A stretch of 61,762 bases of DNA, filler included, from Choristocarpus tenellus KU-1152 (Eukaryota; Protista; Phaeophyceae), in NCBI GenBank assembly GCA_964200185.2. It is 13 parts of 13 records of this genome, joined end to end, with 100 filler letters (N's around TTAATTAATTAA, not from the genome) between each part and the next. Parts side by side here need not be neighbours in the genome. Positions count along the whole stretch, not along the records: positions 49,404 to 54,634 come from CAXNAD020011415.1; positions 54,735 to 57,277 come from CAXNAD020026905.1; positions 57,378 to 61,762 come from CAXNAD020014798.1; 10 more parts are not named here. One strand, written 5' to 3'. How positions within the stretch are numbered: the stretch's first letter is position 1; the number at the start of each line of letters is the position of its first letter. Below are positions 49,603 through 61,709 of this stretch, one piece after another. Made by a program: the position numbers and the translations under genes. The notes below the pieces were generated by a model that saw nothing but the letters and a program-made list of their open reading frames with translations, ran no database searches and was not told where the DNA came from.

Positions 49603-52600
49603 CTGAGTGGTCTCCTTGGTGATGGTCAACTCCGACCGGCCCTCATCGTAGGGCTTGAGGACCACCACCTTGTCCGATGTATCAGCACCATACTCCTGTC
49701 GTACCTGCCACCCAATCATTGTATATCATGATTGAAGTGGTGGGAAGGGGGGTGGGTGGGTGGGTGGGGGGAGGGGGGGGGTAACATTCAAAAGAAGCAA
49801 GGGGAGAGGCTAGGGGGAGGGGCATGCAAATGGATATTTCAAAAGAAAGTTATCTGATTTTCGCAAGGGTGACTCATGGAGGACATGCAACCAACGCAAT
49901 CCAATGTTCAAGAGCAGACTGTAGATCGTGTCTTCTGGGCGCAAACCAAAACAATGACAGGTGGAACTGAAGGTGGGACATAATAGTAGATGTTGGTACT
50001 GGAAGGAGAGTTAACAAAAGGGAAAGGGGTGAGAAAGGGATCATGGACTGTCATGACAAATGAGAAGATCGTGAGGTGTAGAGTGAGGGCCCTTGACTCA
50101 GAGATACAGGATAATGGTTAGGAGGGAAGGAATATCACCGTTTGGGGGAATGAATGAATCAAGGACAATTCCCAACTCTTCAGGTTATCGTACCAGGTTG
50201 AGTGGGTAAAGTGCCTCACCTTGGGGTCAGATGACACACCGAACCTCCTGGCTGGGATCTCTTGAGCCATCATCTTGAACAAGGCTCGTTCTGCTGAGCT
50301 CTCATCTGCAAAAAGGCCTATGACAGCCCCATCCTGCTCCTCCTCTGATGCAAACACGTTGACTGCTTCCACAGTTTCCAAGGTCTACTAGCGAGCCAAC
50401 AGACAGCACCCCCAGACATGTCAAACAGTGGTAGGCGAAATCACACTTACTTCATCAAGCTATAATATTATTCAGTCATTATTGTTGAGCTTCCTTTCCA
50501 CAAAAAATGGGAATGACAAAATTTCTTAGGGCAGTCTCTACAATATGGGGGGGATAGGTGGGGGCTGATTACCTATTGCTGTGCTTTTGCATCCAGTGAA
50601 GACTAAGCCAAGATTGAACTGTCTTGTCAAAAAAAAGTTAACGAACAGATATATATATATTAGCATATTTCCACACTTGATGCATATAATATCTCTCTTC
50701 TCCTCCAGACCGCTCTATCTACTCCACCTCCTTTGCCCATCCAGAACACTCACCTTTAATACCGGGCCACTCATCCTCCTCATCACCTCCACAATGCTCT
50801 CCTTGGTGATTTCTCCATGCCTTGGTTTCCACTCCGAGTGGCTATAAACATCACCGTCCCTGATTATTGCTAGTGTCGGGAAGGAGGTCATCACGTAATC
50901 ATCACATAGGTCTTCATCCACATCACAGTCCACCTGATAAGATTCATGAATGTGATATTAGAGGGAAGGAGAAAAAAAAATCATGACCTGACAACGTAAC
51001 CTATCATGCCATGCACGTTTCACAACATGTGTAGTGCCTACTGCAACACATTGTGCATTGATTTGCTATACCAAATCAAGTTTACATCCGAAGCGTAGAG
51101 TATACACACATGGATATACACTCGTATAGACTTACATGCAATACACACACACACCTTTCCAAGTACAATGCCCTCCTCCTTCAACAAATTGGCAGCATCA
51201 GCATAGATGGGAGCAAGGGCCTGGCAGTGGGGACACCAGGGAGCATAGAACTCCAGCATGATGACCTGATGTGAATTGATCGTCTTCTTGTGGTTCTGTG
51301 TGTTCACAACTAGAACACTGGCAAACTTCTCCTGGGGCAGACACATGAAACAAGGCAAGGGGGGTCGAGGGGGGTGGGTTGAGAAGAGAAAAGGCTAGCA
51401 TATCTGGAAGAAGATGTAAGAGCAATGGATCGAGTTCAGAAAGGGCTTACAACACTTACATATATATTGTATAATAAAACCTAGGGATTTTACCGAAGAT
51501 AGCCAATACTGGTGGGGGTTTGACTTGTCAATGGGAGTTTTCACAAAATCTACTGTTGAAGACATTTTTGACAAAAACGTAAGGAAGAGGGGAGCCGCCT
51601 ATCCAAATGATGACATTATGCCGCCATGTGATACAGGTGTACGTCTTGAAGCCTTACTTTCTCCTGAGAAATATGAGGTACAAAGCAAAAGGAGACCCCT
51701 GTTCTGTGCAGCATGTTGAGTTTAGGTTGCCGACTTGGCCAGTCCTCTGTTGGGCATGACTGATGGGATAGGAATAGATGTATCACTCAGAAAAAGTATT
51801 GAACTTCACAAAAATAAGGGTCAATTGGCCACTTGAAATCACACTTGTTTGAGGACCCCATGAACACTGCAAGGAGCTTACTAAAAATATCGCAATGAAC
51901 CATTCCGAGTTAAGTGAAGCAAGGCAGCAGAGCACACTGTACACCACAGATTCACATTTGCAAATCCAAGCAGGATTCCTTGCTTATTAAAAACAAAACT
52001 TTGCATTCATAACTTGCCTTGTACTGTTGACTGTTCAACTCTCGCAAGTGACTGGTGATTGCTTCAGTGGTAAGAGCACCATCGTAGTCGGTCACGAAGC
52101 CGCTAGCTGTTGAGGATATCTTCACCGTTGGAAGACTGGTCACACCCCATTCTGAGCATAAATCCTCGAAGTCGTCGCAGTTTACCTGTCATGCCATCAA
52201 GAAGGTTAACATGAGAGTAAAGTTCTACACCTATCTAATATGCGACGATCAATCTTAGAAAGCAAAAAATCGTAGGTAGAACACGACACTGCTGAAGGAA
52301 CTGAAAAATTTCAAAACTCGGAAGACCTCTACAAAAGTACCTCTGCCAAGGGTATGCCGTCATCTTGGAGAGCTTCAGAAACCTCGGCGTAGACTGGAGC
52401 GAGATCTTGGCAGTGGGGACACGACGATGTGTAGAACTTGATCGCCATAAGTTCGTGCTTGCTGATCTCGTCCTTGATGCTTACATCGTCAAGAACCAAG
52501 ACGGTACTGTTGTTCTTTGCCTTATTTAGTCAGCAGTGCGTCATGAGAACAATTTGTTCGTATCTGTGAGAGATTAATCCAAGGATATTGCAGGGATTCA

Positions 52601-52746
52601 TAGGATATCGAAGGACAAGAAGAGAACAGGCATCCGCTCCACTTGTTTATGAGCAAAGGATCACCCACCTCAGCGCCAGCCCTCCATGCCAATCTGTCTA
52701 AAAGAAGTGACACTGCAAGTACTCCATGGAACCTCCTCAACCTCAT
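49603..52746 (-). CDS. Protein disulfide isomerase, a-a-b... (ERp72/PDIA4-like) architecture, 3'-partial (exons 52746-52669, 52520-52341, 52185-52018, 51331-51155, 50933-50754, 50384-50220, 49704-49603)
   Basis: Signal peptide (AGA|E), two catalytic Trx domains KFYTSSCPHCQDLAPVY and EFYAPWCPHCQALAPIY, VNCD/VDCD and LPT/FPT motifs, then a b domain AVIGLFAD..RFGVSSD..VVVLKPYDEGR. All introns are phase 0. Confidence 0.92.
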
Positions 52747-53860
52747 CTCGCCCTTATCTCCACTCTGTCTTGCGTCTTAAGATACAAGAATATTACTGCA
52801 GAGGCTAGGTCTAGGGTGCACCTAGTGCCTGCAAGTAGTGAGAGCTTGCAGAATCGTTATTACCAGAAGAAAGCCCTATACTTCATTGCGTTGACGTCTG
52901 TCCCCTGAAAATTGGGAATCACGACATGAGAACCATGGGAAGGAGAGAGGAAATTCGATGTACTTTGATAGTATAGATGTTTCAGGACATACTGAGAGAA
53001 GAGGGAAATGGACAGAGAGAGGTATATACTATATGGACAGTCCATCAACACAATCAATATTAGAAACAAATCTACTCTTCTGTTTTTATCATACCGTGCT
53101 TTTCAGGACCTTTTTTTATCATACCATTGAAGTTCATTTTTTGAAAATTTCCACAGACCGGAAAATCTTCAAATGAAGAGGTTCCATATATATTATTATT
53201 CTTAAGGTGTGGATATCTGAAGTCTGTGTGATGGGGGGTCATGAAAACAACCCACACATGAAATGACAATATCATTTCAAACTTTACAAGTGTGGAATGA
53301 GATGAAAGGACGTCATCTTCGCAACAGTGGTCCACAAGAAGGATCGGAGAGATTGTGGTAACTCTTTTTGGTGGGAAAGTGCAAAAAAGTACTTCTTCTT
53401 AAGGTTGTTCACGGTAGTAGTGGTTGAGAGAATCAATAACTAGAAAGAGGGAGAGGGTCGGGAGGATATGGTAGGAAAGGGGCTGGGAGGTCCCATTTCA
53501 GAAAGATTTTCCCTAGCTCCGTGCCTATGTTTGTAGGGGCAAGGCATAGGTTAGAGAAATAACAGCAGGTGTACATGTTACATTGTGGTTGCATTGTTGC
53601 ATTGTTACTTTTCAAACATTATCATTTTTAGAGGTATTTTTCCATTAAAGCGATCATTGACATTTTTGAAGCGGTCCATCTAACATAGGTTAGTTTTTTT
53701 CTCTAATGCATTATGCAAAATGTCGAAAAACATAACTACCTTCTCGAACGGGAGAGCATACTTCATCAAGAGCAATGGTGTGGTGTGGTTTTCAGCCCGA
53801 GTACCCGAAATGTGGACATGATGTACACTGTAGGTGCTCTGAAAGAGGTCAGCAAGGAAA

Positions 53861-54039
53861 GGCCCGAAGTATCTGGGGAGGGTGGCAACTGCCCATTTGG
53901 GGTCCATTTTTCCATGTCGCGATTTTTTTGTGGTTTGGTTGCATGCATGGGATGGATAATGTAAGTTCACTCCTCCTGGTCAGGAACCAAATGGACACCC
54001 TGGTGTAGAATCCCCCCCTCCCCCCAGATACTTTGAGCC
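53861..54039 (+). mobile_element. MITE family B, complete copy (179 bp)
   Basis: TIRs GGCCCGAAGTATCTGGGG / CCCCAGATACTTTGAGCC, flanks GAAA/AAAA. Other copies or ends at about 13000, 20968, 35477, 43303, 54735 and 61710. Confidence 0.85.
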
Positions 54040-54561
54040 AAAAGCATGTGCCTCTATACAATAATATTTCCCTTCTCTTTCAATCCTGGTAAAAGACTCC
54101 AGTATTCTTCGACTTGTATTACATCATTCTTGAAGGAACAATAAATAGGGTCTTAGCAGAGCATTAATGTCACTTGTCCTTCCTTAAGGATCAAGACACT
54201 TCACACAGAGCATCATCATTCATTCGTCCTTCCTCAAGGCACAGGATTCTCCTCAGAGTACCATTCATTCACCCTTTCTCAGGGAACAAGACCCTTGTCG
54301 GAACATCATCAGCATCATCATACTGTGAGAACAGGACAAGTTCACCATCCGTTAAGGTCACCATGTCACAGCATCTCAGGTTAAATTAAACATTAGGGGG
54401 GAATGAATGTCCTTCGCCTTTTCCACAGTACACAGTTTGGTGTCAGTTGGCAAAACTAGTGAAAATAAAAGTATATTCTTGTGCTGGAGGAATGGGTGTG
54501 TGGATTGATGACCGTTGTTATTGGATTGAAAATTGGACTCCTGATTTAGAGTTGGAGCAGA

Positions 54562-54634
54562 TTTTACAGGCGAATAGCGCGAGCTTTTCTTCTTATATTT
54601 CAACGAAGTGCAAACGTTTGTTACACGCGAATAG
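54562..54634 (+). mobile_element. LTR 5'-terminal fragment with duplicated terminal motif
   Basis: TTTTACAGGCGAATAGCGCGAGC...TTTGTTACACGCGAATAG closely matches the reverse complement of 9008-9081. Confidence 0.75.
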
Positions 54635-54734
54635 NNNNNNNNNNNNNNNNNNNNNNNNNNNNNNNNNNNNNNNNNNNNTTAATTAATTAANNNNNNNNNN
54701 NNNNNNNNNNNNNNNNNNNNNNNNNNNNNNNNNN

Positions 54735-54883
54735 CTACACCAGGGTGTCCATTTGGATCAAAAATCAGGAAAAGTGTATTTACAGTATCCATCCAACGTA
54801 TGCAACCAAACCAACCAAAAATCGTGACATGAAAAATTGACCCCACGTGGACAGCCGCCACCCCCTCCCAGATACTTTGAGCC
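54735..54883 (-). mobile_element. MITE family B copy, truncated by contig start
   Basis: Closely similar to 35505-35655. Confidence 0.8.
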
Positions 54884-57377
54884 TTTCAATGCATCTTCTC
54901 TCAGCATCAGTGTCGCGACGGTGTGGTCCATTTCGCGGTTTGATCATGCTGCTGCGCCACACTACTCGCACTTTCTCGTCAGCTAACATCACACTGAGTG
55001 TCACACGGTACTTGTTTTTCCAGCCCCTCTCGACAGAGATGGTGCCGAGGGTAGATCCAGAGGGCAGGGTGGCCTCGGCGGCTCTCCTTGTCTCACTGTC
55101 ACGGTTCATGTTGCTGTGTAAGTCACGTGTGTGTGTCCTCACAGAAAGTCCGCAAAAGGCGTTAAAATGATGTCGGGAAATCTTGATTTTTTTTTGGCAG
55201 GGCCTCACCGACCAAACTTGGTCAGCGACGTACCCCGGACCAGTTTTCTGGAAGGAGTTTCAGCCAACCACTTCATTTTTGTATCTTTTGAAGTCGTGAC
55301 ATTCAAAATTGCGTCGGAGATGGTCCCCCGCTTTTTTTTTTTCCATTATTTGATCGGGACATAGCTCTCGTTCCTTGAAGCCTCAACATTCGTGGTGCAA
55401 ACCTTCAAAACCTCTTGTCATACCCTTTCATTTGATAAATATATATTCTTGTATATCTATTGCGGCGATACGGTAAAAAAATTCAAGATTACCACAGAGG
55501 GCGAAGCTACTGGTACCACCTTACTAACTCATTGTATGTACATCATACACACAATTCCAAAGAAGATCGGGGAACTAAATTTATCCTACTACGACTCCAG
55601 AAATGTCTGTCCCAATATTTGATTTCCCTGTGTCTAAAACCGATTCGCAACACGTCCAAACAGAGGATAGAGCGAAACGCCATTTCCATTTTTTTGAAGA
55701 AAAAATCCAACGTATATCGTACAACTACTGTACCCGTATTACAAACGTACATATTTTGGCGATATGCATGTTCGGAGACGTTAAGGGATTGCAAGTACAA
55801 AAACATCAAAATGCGCTTTTTTTTTTACTTACACGACAAACCATACACCTCTTCAATGATACTGAATGTATGGAAGTTTATGAATGTGAGTTTTGTGGGT
55901 ATAGGAGAAATTCTTTGTGGGATGACGTATGGAGAGTGGAGCGTTGATTAGGAAAAAAAGGGAAAACAAGAGAAGATGGACAAAGAGTTAAGTATGGGGT
56001 AGATAGGAGGCAGAAGAGGCAGGAGAGAAGATTAAAGAACTTGGTGGTAGGTGGAAGCACAAGGTAGGAAGGGATGGATCAGAACATAAGGTAAACTTGA
56101 GGTTGGTGGGACAGGACAAGCAGGGCTATAAGAAGGCAAACTCCGAGCAATTCTTCATAGCAGGACAAAGGGATATGAATTCTGAAAAACGTACCTTGAT
56201 GTGGGATGGATTTATGGGGAGAACAGACAAGAAAGGGGTTAGAAGGAGGAAGGGAGAGGTGGGGGAGTGTAAGAAGAGAAATGGATGGGGGAGGAGAAAG
56301 ACAAGAGCAAAGAGAAAGAAATGGTGACCAAACGAGTGGAGAAGAGAAGAAGTGAGCCAGAAGAGACATGAGCATCAGCGGCGAGGGTGAGGGAGAGAAA
56401 AGGGGATAAGGAGAAGAAGAACGGGAATAGTAAGATAAAAAGAAGTGTGAGGAGAATAAGAAAGACCTACGGGCCCTGTCTAAAGATGTGACTGAATTAA
56501 CGAAAGGAATTGATCAGCTTATGATGATATTCGGAGGAGCAAATAAGCTCAGCCCACCTTTCCCTCATGACATAGACCCACTGAGGGGGTAGGGAGACAG
56601 AACCACAAAAGGAGGGGAAGGGATGGGAGAATTTTCATTGTTGACAAAAATGATGAAGGAGAAAACGATTATTCCAGTATGGAGAAGGACCTATATCAAG
56701 AGATACTTCGTCATGGTACGGTACATGCCACTTTTTCTCCAATCAGGGGACACGGGTTCCATATGAGACAAGCTACAAAGAATTATCAACGAGGAAGGTA
56801 ACATAACAGAAGTGGTGGCCGAACAACTGAGCAACCTGACAACATTCGATATGAAGGAGTACATTCCCAAAGGGGAGTTGGGGAGACCGACCACCAACAA
56901 GGGAGACTATGAGATGCTGGACAACTTTAATTGCTTTGTGTCGGCAATGGGAAAAATCTGTCGATATGGGGAGGAGGGGAAACCAGAGAAGAGGAGGACG
57001 ACGGAGGCGATTGAAGAACTGGAAGAACCGAGGAGTCAGGTGAAGAGGTTCTGTGGGGCAAATAAACCCATACTGGTTGAGCATCCAAGGATCATGGACC
57101 TGTTGTATCGAGCAGTGGGGGAAGATTTAGCATCAGAGGCAAAAGAAAAGTAACGGGCTAGGGAATAATAATATTATTGGTAACAGGTACACTGGCCCCC
57201 ACCCCCTGAAGTGTGGATCCCCCCCCCCCTTGCCACGGTTCAAAAGCTTGGATACAGCTCTGAGCCAGGCCAAGGATNNNNNNNNNNNNNNNNNNNNNNN
57301 NNNNNNNNNNNNNNNNNNNNNTTAATTAATTAANNNNNNNNNNNNNNNNNNNNNNNNNNNNNNNNNNNNNNNNNNNN

Positions 57378-57448
57378 TACCCTGAGGGAAGCCAAGCCCC
57401 AAATGGACAAACAGGGCAAAACTCGTACCCTCTAAGATACTTTCACTC
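57378..57448 (+). mobile_element. MITE family A 3' end
   Basis: CCCCAAATGGACAAACAGGGCAAAACTCGTACCCTCTAAGATACTTTCACTC. Confidence 0.8.
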
Positions 57449-58715
57449 CAAAACCAGATCCCCATGTAAAAAATTATGTTATCTGTGTGTTTGAACAAAC
57501 CAAATTAATGAAGAGAACATTGTCCGTTAACCACTGAGTCACAAGGACATTCAAACTGCAAGAATTGTTATCTCAAACTAATGCGGGCAATGGGTTGTTA
57601 CTGGGTGAATTGCATGAAGAAAAATGCAACTAATAGCTGCAGCTATTGCTAGTCATACCGGCCCCCTTTCCTCAAACCTCTGTATTGTTTTTGTGATATC
57701 AAAAAACGATCAAGTCCTCTCATCAGAATGGTTGTCATATTGGATTTACCTAAGATATCAAGTAGGTTACTGTCGTGCAATTTAGGGCACGACCACAATC
57801 CTACCTATACAACTAGCAAGCTATTTGTGTTGACTTTTGGGGTGGTTTTTATATATAATCGCAGATCTAGAAAGCACAAACAAAAAGCGCAACCGGTGCT
57901 CCATCTCAAAAAAGGAGGTCATCAATTTCACAAGTTGAATCAATACACTCTACCTCACCATAAAACTGTGCTTTGTAAGAGTGCCAGTTTTTAGTAATGT
58001 CTATGTTCTTCTTATTGTTATTTACATTAGTCTGAGGAGTCCCAAACCCGTGCATGGCAAAAGGGTAGTCAGAGGGGATAATTTCACATCGCTTCAAAAG
58101 ATACCAATTACATAGATTAAATAAGCAAACAAAGTAACAAATTGAGAAACCACGAGAGGTAATGGTCAACATAACTGCAACGTAATCAGTGATTAATTAC
58201 ATCTCAATACTTGAATACTTTGGACGAGATGTGATCAGCGTTGTCACACATTGCCAAGCCCTATGGGGGAAAAAGATGTCCCACCGGATCCATCTAATCC
58301 AAACAACTCCCATCTAATATCACAATAAGAAGAAAAAGAAGGTGTACACAATAATGATCAACCTAAAGAGAGAGAGAGAGAGAGACAAACACTGCAGAGT
58401 AAGGACAGCAATCAGGAGGCAGTGATGAGTGTGCATGTACCCTGAACTGCTTGAGCTGCCTTAGCTGCCCCCATGACGCATGTCAGCTCTCATAGCTTCC
58501 CTTGCATACCACTCCCCATAAGCTCTTTGTGTCGTCAAACACACACTTATATCGCCTTTGTCGCTTTGTTGCCCTTGTACTCCATCCCTCGACTATGATC
58601 TCCAACTGAATAATTTATCTTATAAGGCACATCTACCAGTAAAATTATTTTTCTCTTCATCTTGCTTCCGTTTTCCACCTACAAGTTTTCCATACATCAA
58701 CACATCTGGAATTTG

Positions 58716-58916
58716 GAGGTAAAGTATCTTAGAGGGTATAAGTTTTGCCCTTCCTGTCCGTTTGGGGCTTGGCTTGTATATGTTATGAAAAGGTGTGTCT
58801 GGAACAAGGATATTGACGCTTCCAAACAAACACGATACCAAAATGACATCAAGATCGCAGCATTGGATTTTGGTCCCCAGACGGACACGACTCTACCCTC
58901 TAAAATACATTGACTC
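58716..58916 (-). mobile_element. MITE family A, internally deleted copy
   Basis: Both TIRs present, internal hairpin absent. Flanks TTTG/CTTG (3/4). Confidence 0.8.
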
Positions 58917-58929
58917 CTTGCTCATCCCC

Positions 58930-60060
58930 CATGTGTAAAACTGACCCTCCAGATAGGAGGAGCAGTCGTTTCTGCACTGTTGCCTCAATACACTCACACA
59001 CGATTTTCCCATGGCATTGTTGTGGGACGGATGTGATTGATACGTTCCTGTTTGCTAAATTCGATGGCAGAGTAGGAGTAGTTTCTCATGGTGAGTGTCA
59101 AGCATCACATAGTGAACTTGGCAAACGGAGTGCCCATACATCAAAACCATGTTTCAAGACCTTAATCTTGTAGCCTTAAACACTTCAATCTTTAGCTCAA
59201 GTGACACATCTGTGGTTCTGTCACAAAGCACTTGGCTGTACATGCGGAAAAAAACCCAGACGTTTTGGACCGTCAAACCATCTCTCCACTAATATCAGGT
59301 TCATTACTGATGATGCCTCCAAAGGTAAAGGAACACATCAATCTGCTTGTAGTGGTCCAAAATCCAGATCTGCATGATGTCTGTGGCCTTATTTGGAGGC
59401 TGAAGGCACACGGTGTCCATCTTCAAGAGGCAACACATTTAAGAGGGTAGAAGTTTTGCTCTGTTTGTCAGTTCGGGGCTTTGGCTTCCCACGTTTTTTT
59501 ATGTTACTGCTCTCTTCATAAGAACAAAATTAATGGAGATGGCTAGGTCAGCACTGAACTCCTATACTTAGCACTGCTGCAAAGAAGTCATTGGAGAGGA
59601 AAAATACAACCTACGTTTGGCAAAGGTCTGGCCTGACCTTGAACCAGTCCATACACTCTCCATCATCCCTGTGGACACATACCCATACTCCATCACAGAA
59701 GTGGAAGACGACTGAAATCATCTTCTCAGGCACCCCAAACTTAGCAAGAACACCTCATAGGAGATGACGATCAATAGAGTAATATGCCTTCAGCGATGCC
59801 TCTGTGGTTTCTGGTCTATTTGATCCTTCTTCTTGTGAAGTACTGCAATGGCTGTATCCTTCTAAATCTGCGGCAAATCTCCCCAGTCCCACACAGGCAA
59901 CACAATCTTGTGAAAACTTTGGAGGAATTCCTTGTACACATTGAGGCCTAGTCTATTTGAGGCCAAGCTAAAAAAAAACAGTTAAAGATAATCTGGTCCC
60001 ATCGCCTTCCCGGTTGCCATGGCCCAGATTGCTCCAGTCACCTCTACCAGAGACATTATT
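58930..60060 (-). pseudogene. RTE-like LINE reverse transcriptase remnant, interrupted by a MITE A fragment at about 59435-59500
   Basis: EVTGAIWAMATGKAMGPD, LPQI*KDTAIAVLHKKKD..NHRGI, DDGECMDWFKV..FFAAV and LELKIEVFKA..ETxxMYG occur in canonical order. Confidence 0.8.
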
Positions 60061-60597
60061 AGGTATCGCCAGATACAAGAAGTCGGCTTCAGCTGCTATT
60101 GTCATACTCCAACCCTTCCAATCTACCTGCACTTAGAGTTGTGCATCATGATGCTGCACCTCACCCCCTTCTATATCTGTAGTTATTCCTAGACATAGAA
60201 AAAAAATGTTTTGTACATTATTGTTAGAATGGTTCTACCTAGAGTGTATTCGTGGCTCAATTATTTTTCGATATTGTCCCCCCCACACTTCGTCCCATCA
60301 AAATCTGGTTTTGATCTCCTAGAGTACATGTGGTAAGCACTACAGATTGCACACCTATAATCTCTCTGATGCTATACCACCACAAGAACACCAGGCCAAG
60401 AACAAGTCGGCAAAGACTTTGTTGCTGAGCAACACTGAGACGAGTCTGACTCAAGGCGGGAGAGAAGAGGTAGAGCAAAGACCGAGAACATAACTGAACC
60501 CAACAACACCTGAGAAGTGAGCCATGAATGGGGGGGGTACATTTAGCTGTGGTATGCAGTGCCAGTTCTTTTCCAGTGTAACGAAAAATCCTTAGTA

Positions 60598-61380
60598 CTC
60601 CCTCTGCCCCATAGGTCTGGGTCGTTAAGGTTTCTTGTTGATAACCTGTTCAAATGTGAGATTCAGAAACTATAAATAATATCATTCGAAAGCCAACACA
60701 TCGGCTTGCACATAAATATCTTCAAAATATTTTTTCATTTCAAAATAATTGAGAAACAGTCCCCTGAACACAAACGTTTTTTTGTGGAAATGCCAGATTT
60801 AGCAAAAACAGCACAACCAGTCAAAAATGACTGCAAATGATGGTTAATCGGCCATAACGTCTCAATGAGACCTCCGATGAAGACGCGGTTAGTTGCGTTG
60901 GATTCCTTGACGTTTTTTCATTCTAGCAGTTACTCTTCACTCTCATTCTCTCCCTCAATACCAAGTTGTGCCCGCGTTGTACGCGTCTCTTTCAATTGGG
61001 ATCAAGTGATCCAGAACGACCTCAGGAGAAAATGAGAATGATTAGTAATTACTTGAATGCAAAAAACGCCAAGGAATCCAACGCAACTAACCGTGTCTTC
61101 ATCGGAGGTCTCGTTGAGACGTTATGGTCAACTGGCCATCGTTTCCAGCCATTTTTGGTCAGTTTTGCTATTCTTGCTAAATCTGTCATTTACGAAAAAA
61201 AATGTTTGTGGTCCGAGGATGGTTTCTCAACCATTTCGAAATGGAAAAATATCTTGAAGAGATCTATGTCCAAGTCGATATTGTTGGCTATCGAAAGATA
61301 TTATTTGTAGTTTCTGAATCTCATATTTGAAAAAAGTTCACAAGAAATCAGAACGATACAGACTTATGGGACAGAGTGAG
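60598..61380. mobile_element. Stowaway-like foldback element (783 bp, TA TSD)
   Basis: TA|CTCCCTCTGCCCCATA ... TATGGGACAGAGTGAG|TA. Inverted arms of about 355 bp (60598-60955, 61023-61380) around a spacer of about 65 bp. Confidence 0.9.
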
Positions 61381-61709
61381 TATGAGAAGCAGCGTAGTGT
61401 GTAGTACCTCTGATGTGACGGGTCGGGACAGTCTCCAACTACATACAGAAGGGTTAAGATATATATAATAGCAATACTACTAATTGTTGGGATACTAATA
61501 ACTTAGTACTACTTTCTGAGGGAAGTACTAAACAAGATTATTAACTCGGCTTTCTTGGCACTTTTTAAAATTTCACTCCTTGAGAAATTTTGTTCAATCG
61601 ATCAGCTCAAATTGAAATATCTATTCAATACACTGTGTTTACGTGTGATAGTGTATGGGGTGAAAGCCTATGATTTCAGCTTCAGGTTGGTGTGACACTT
61701 GATACCTAT

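Noticed and set aside
44765-52746. Glyoxalase-like + thioredoxin + PDI as one large redox gene cluster
   Set aside because: The PDI lies beyond the linker at 49304-49403, so its adjacency to the other genes is not evidence of linkage.
4325-54634. Repeated peptide EEMLALFACN / GCTCGCGCTATTCGC as a protein motif or CRISPR repeat
   Set aside because: It is the reverse complement of an LTR terminus. Copies are dispersed, with no spacer array or cas genes.
2665-57377. Recurring TTAATTAATTAA palindrome between N runs as a biological repeat or CRISPR-like array
   Set aside because: Fixed 44N-12-44N format with six-frame stops; this is an assembly linker.
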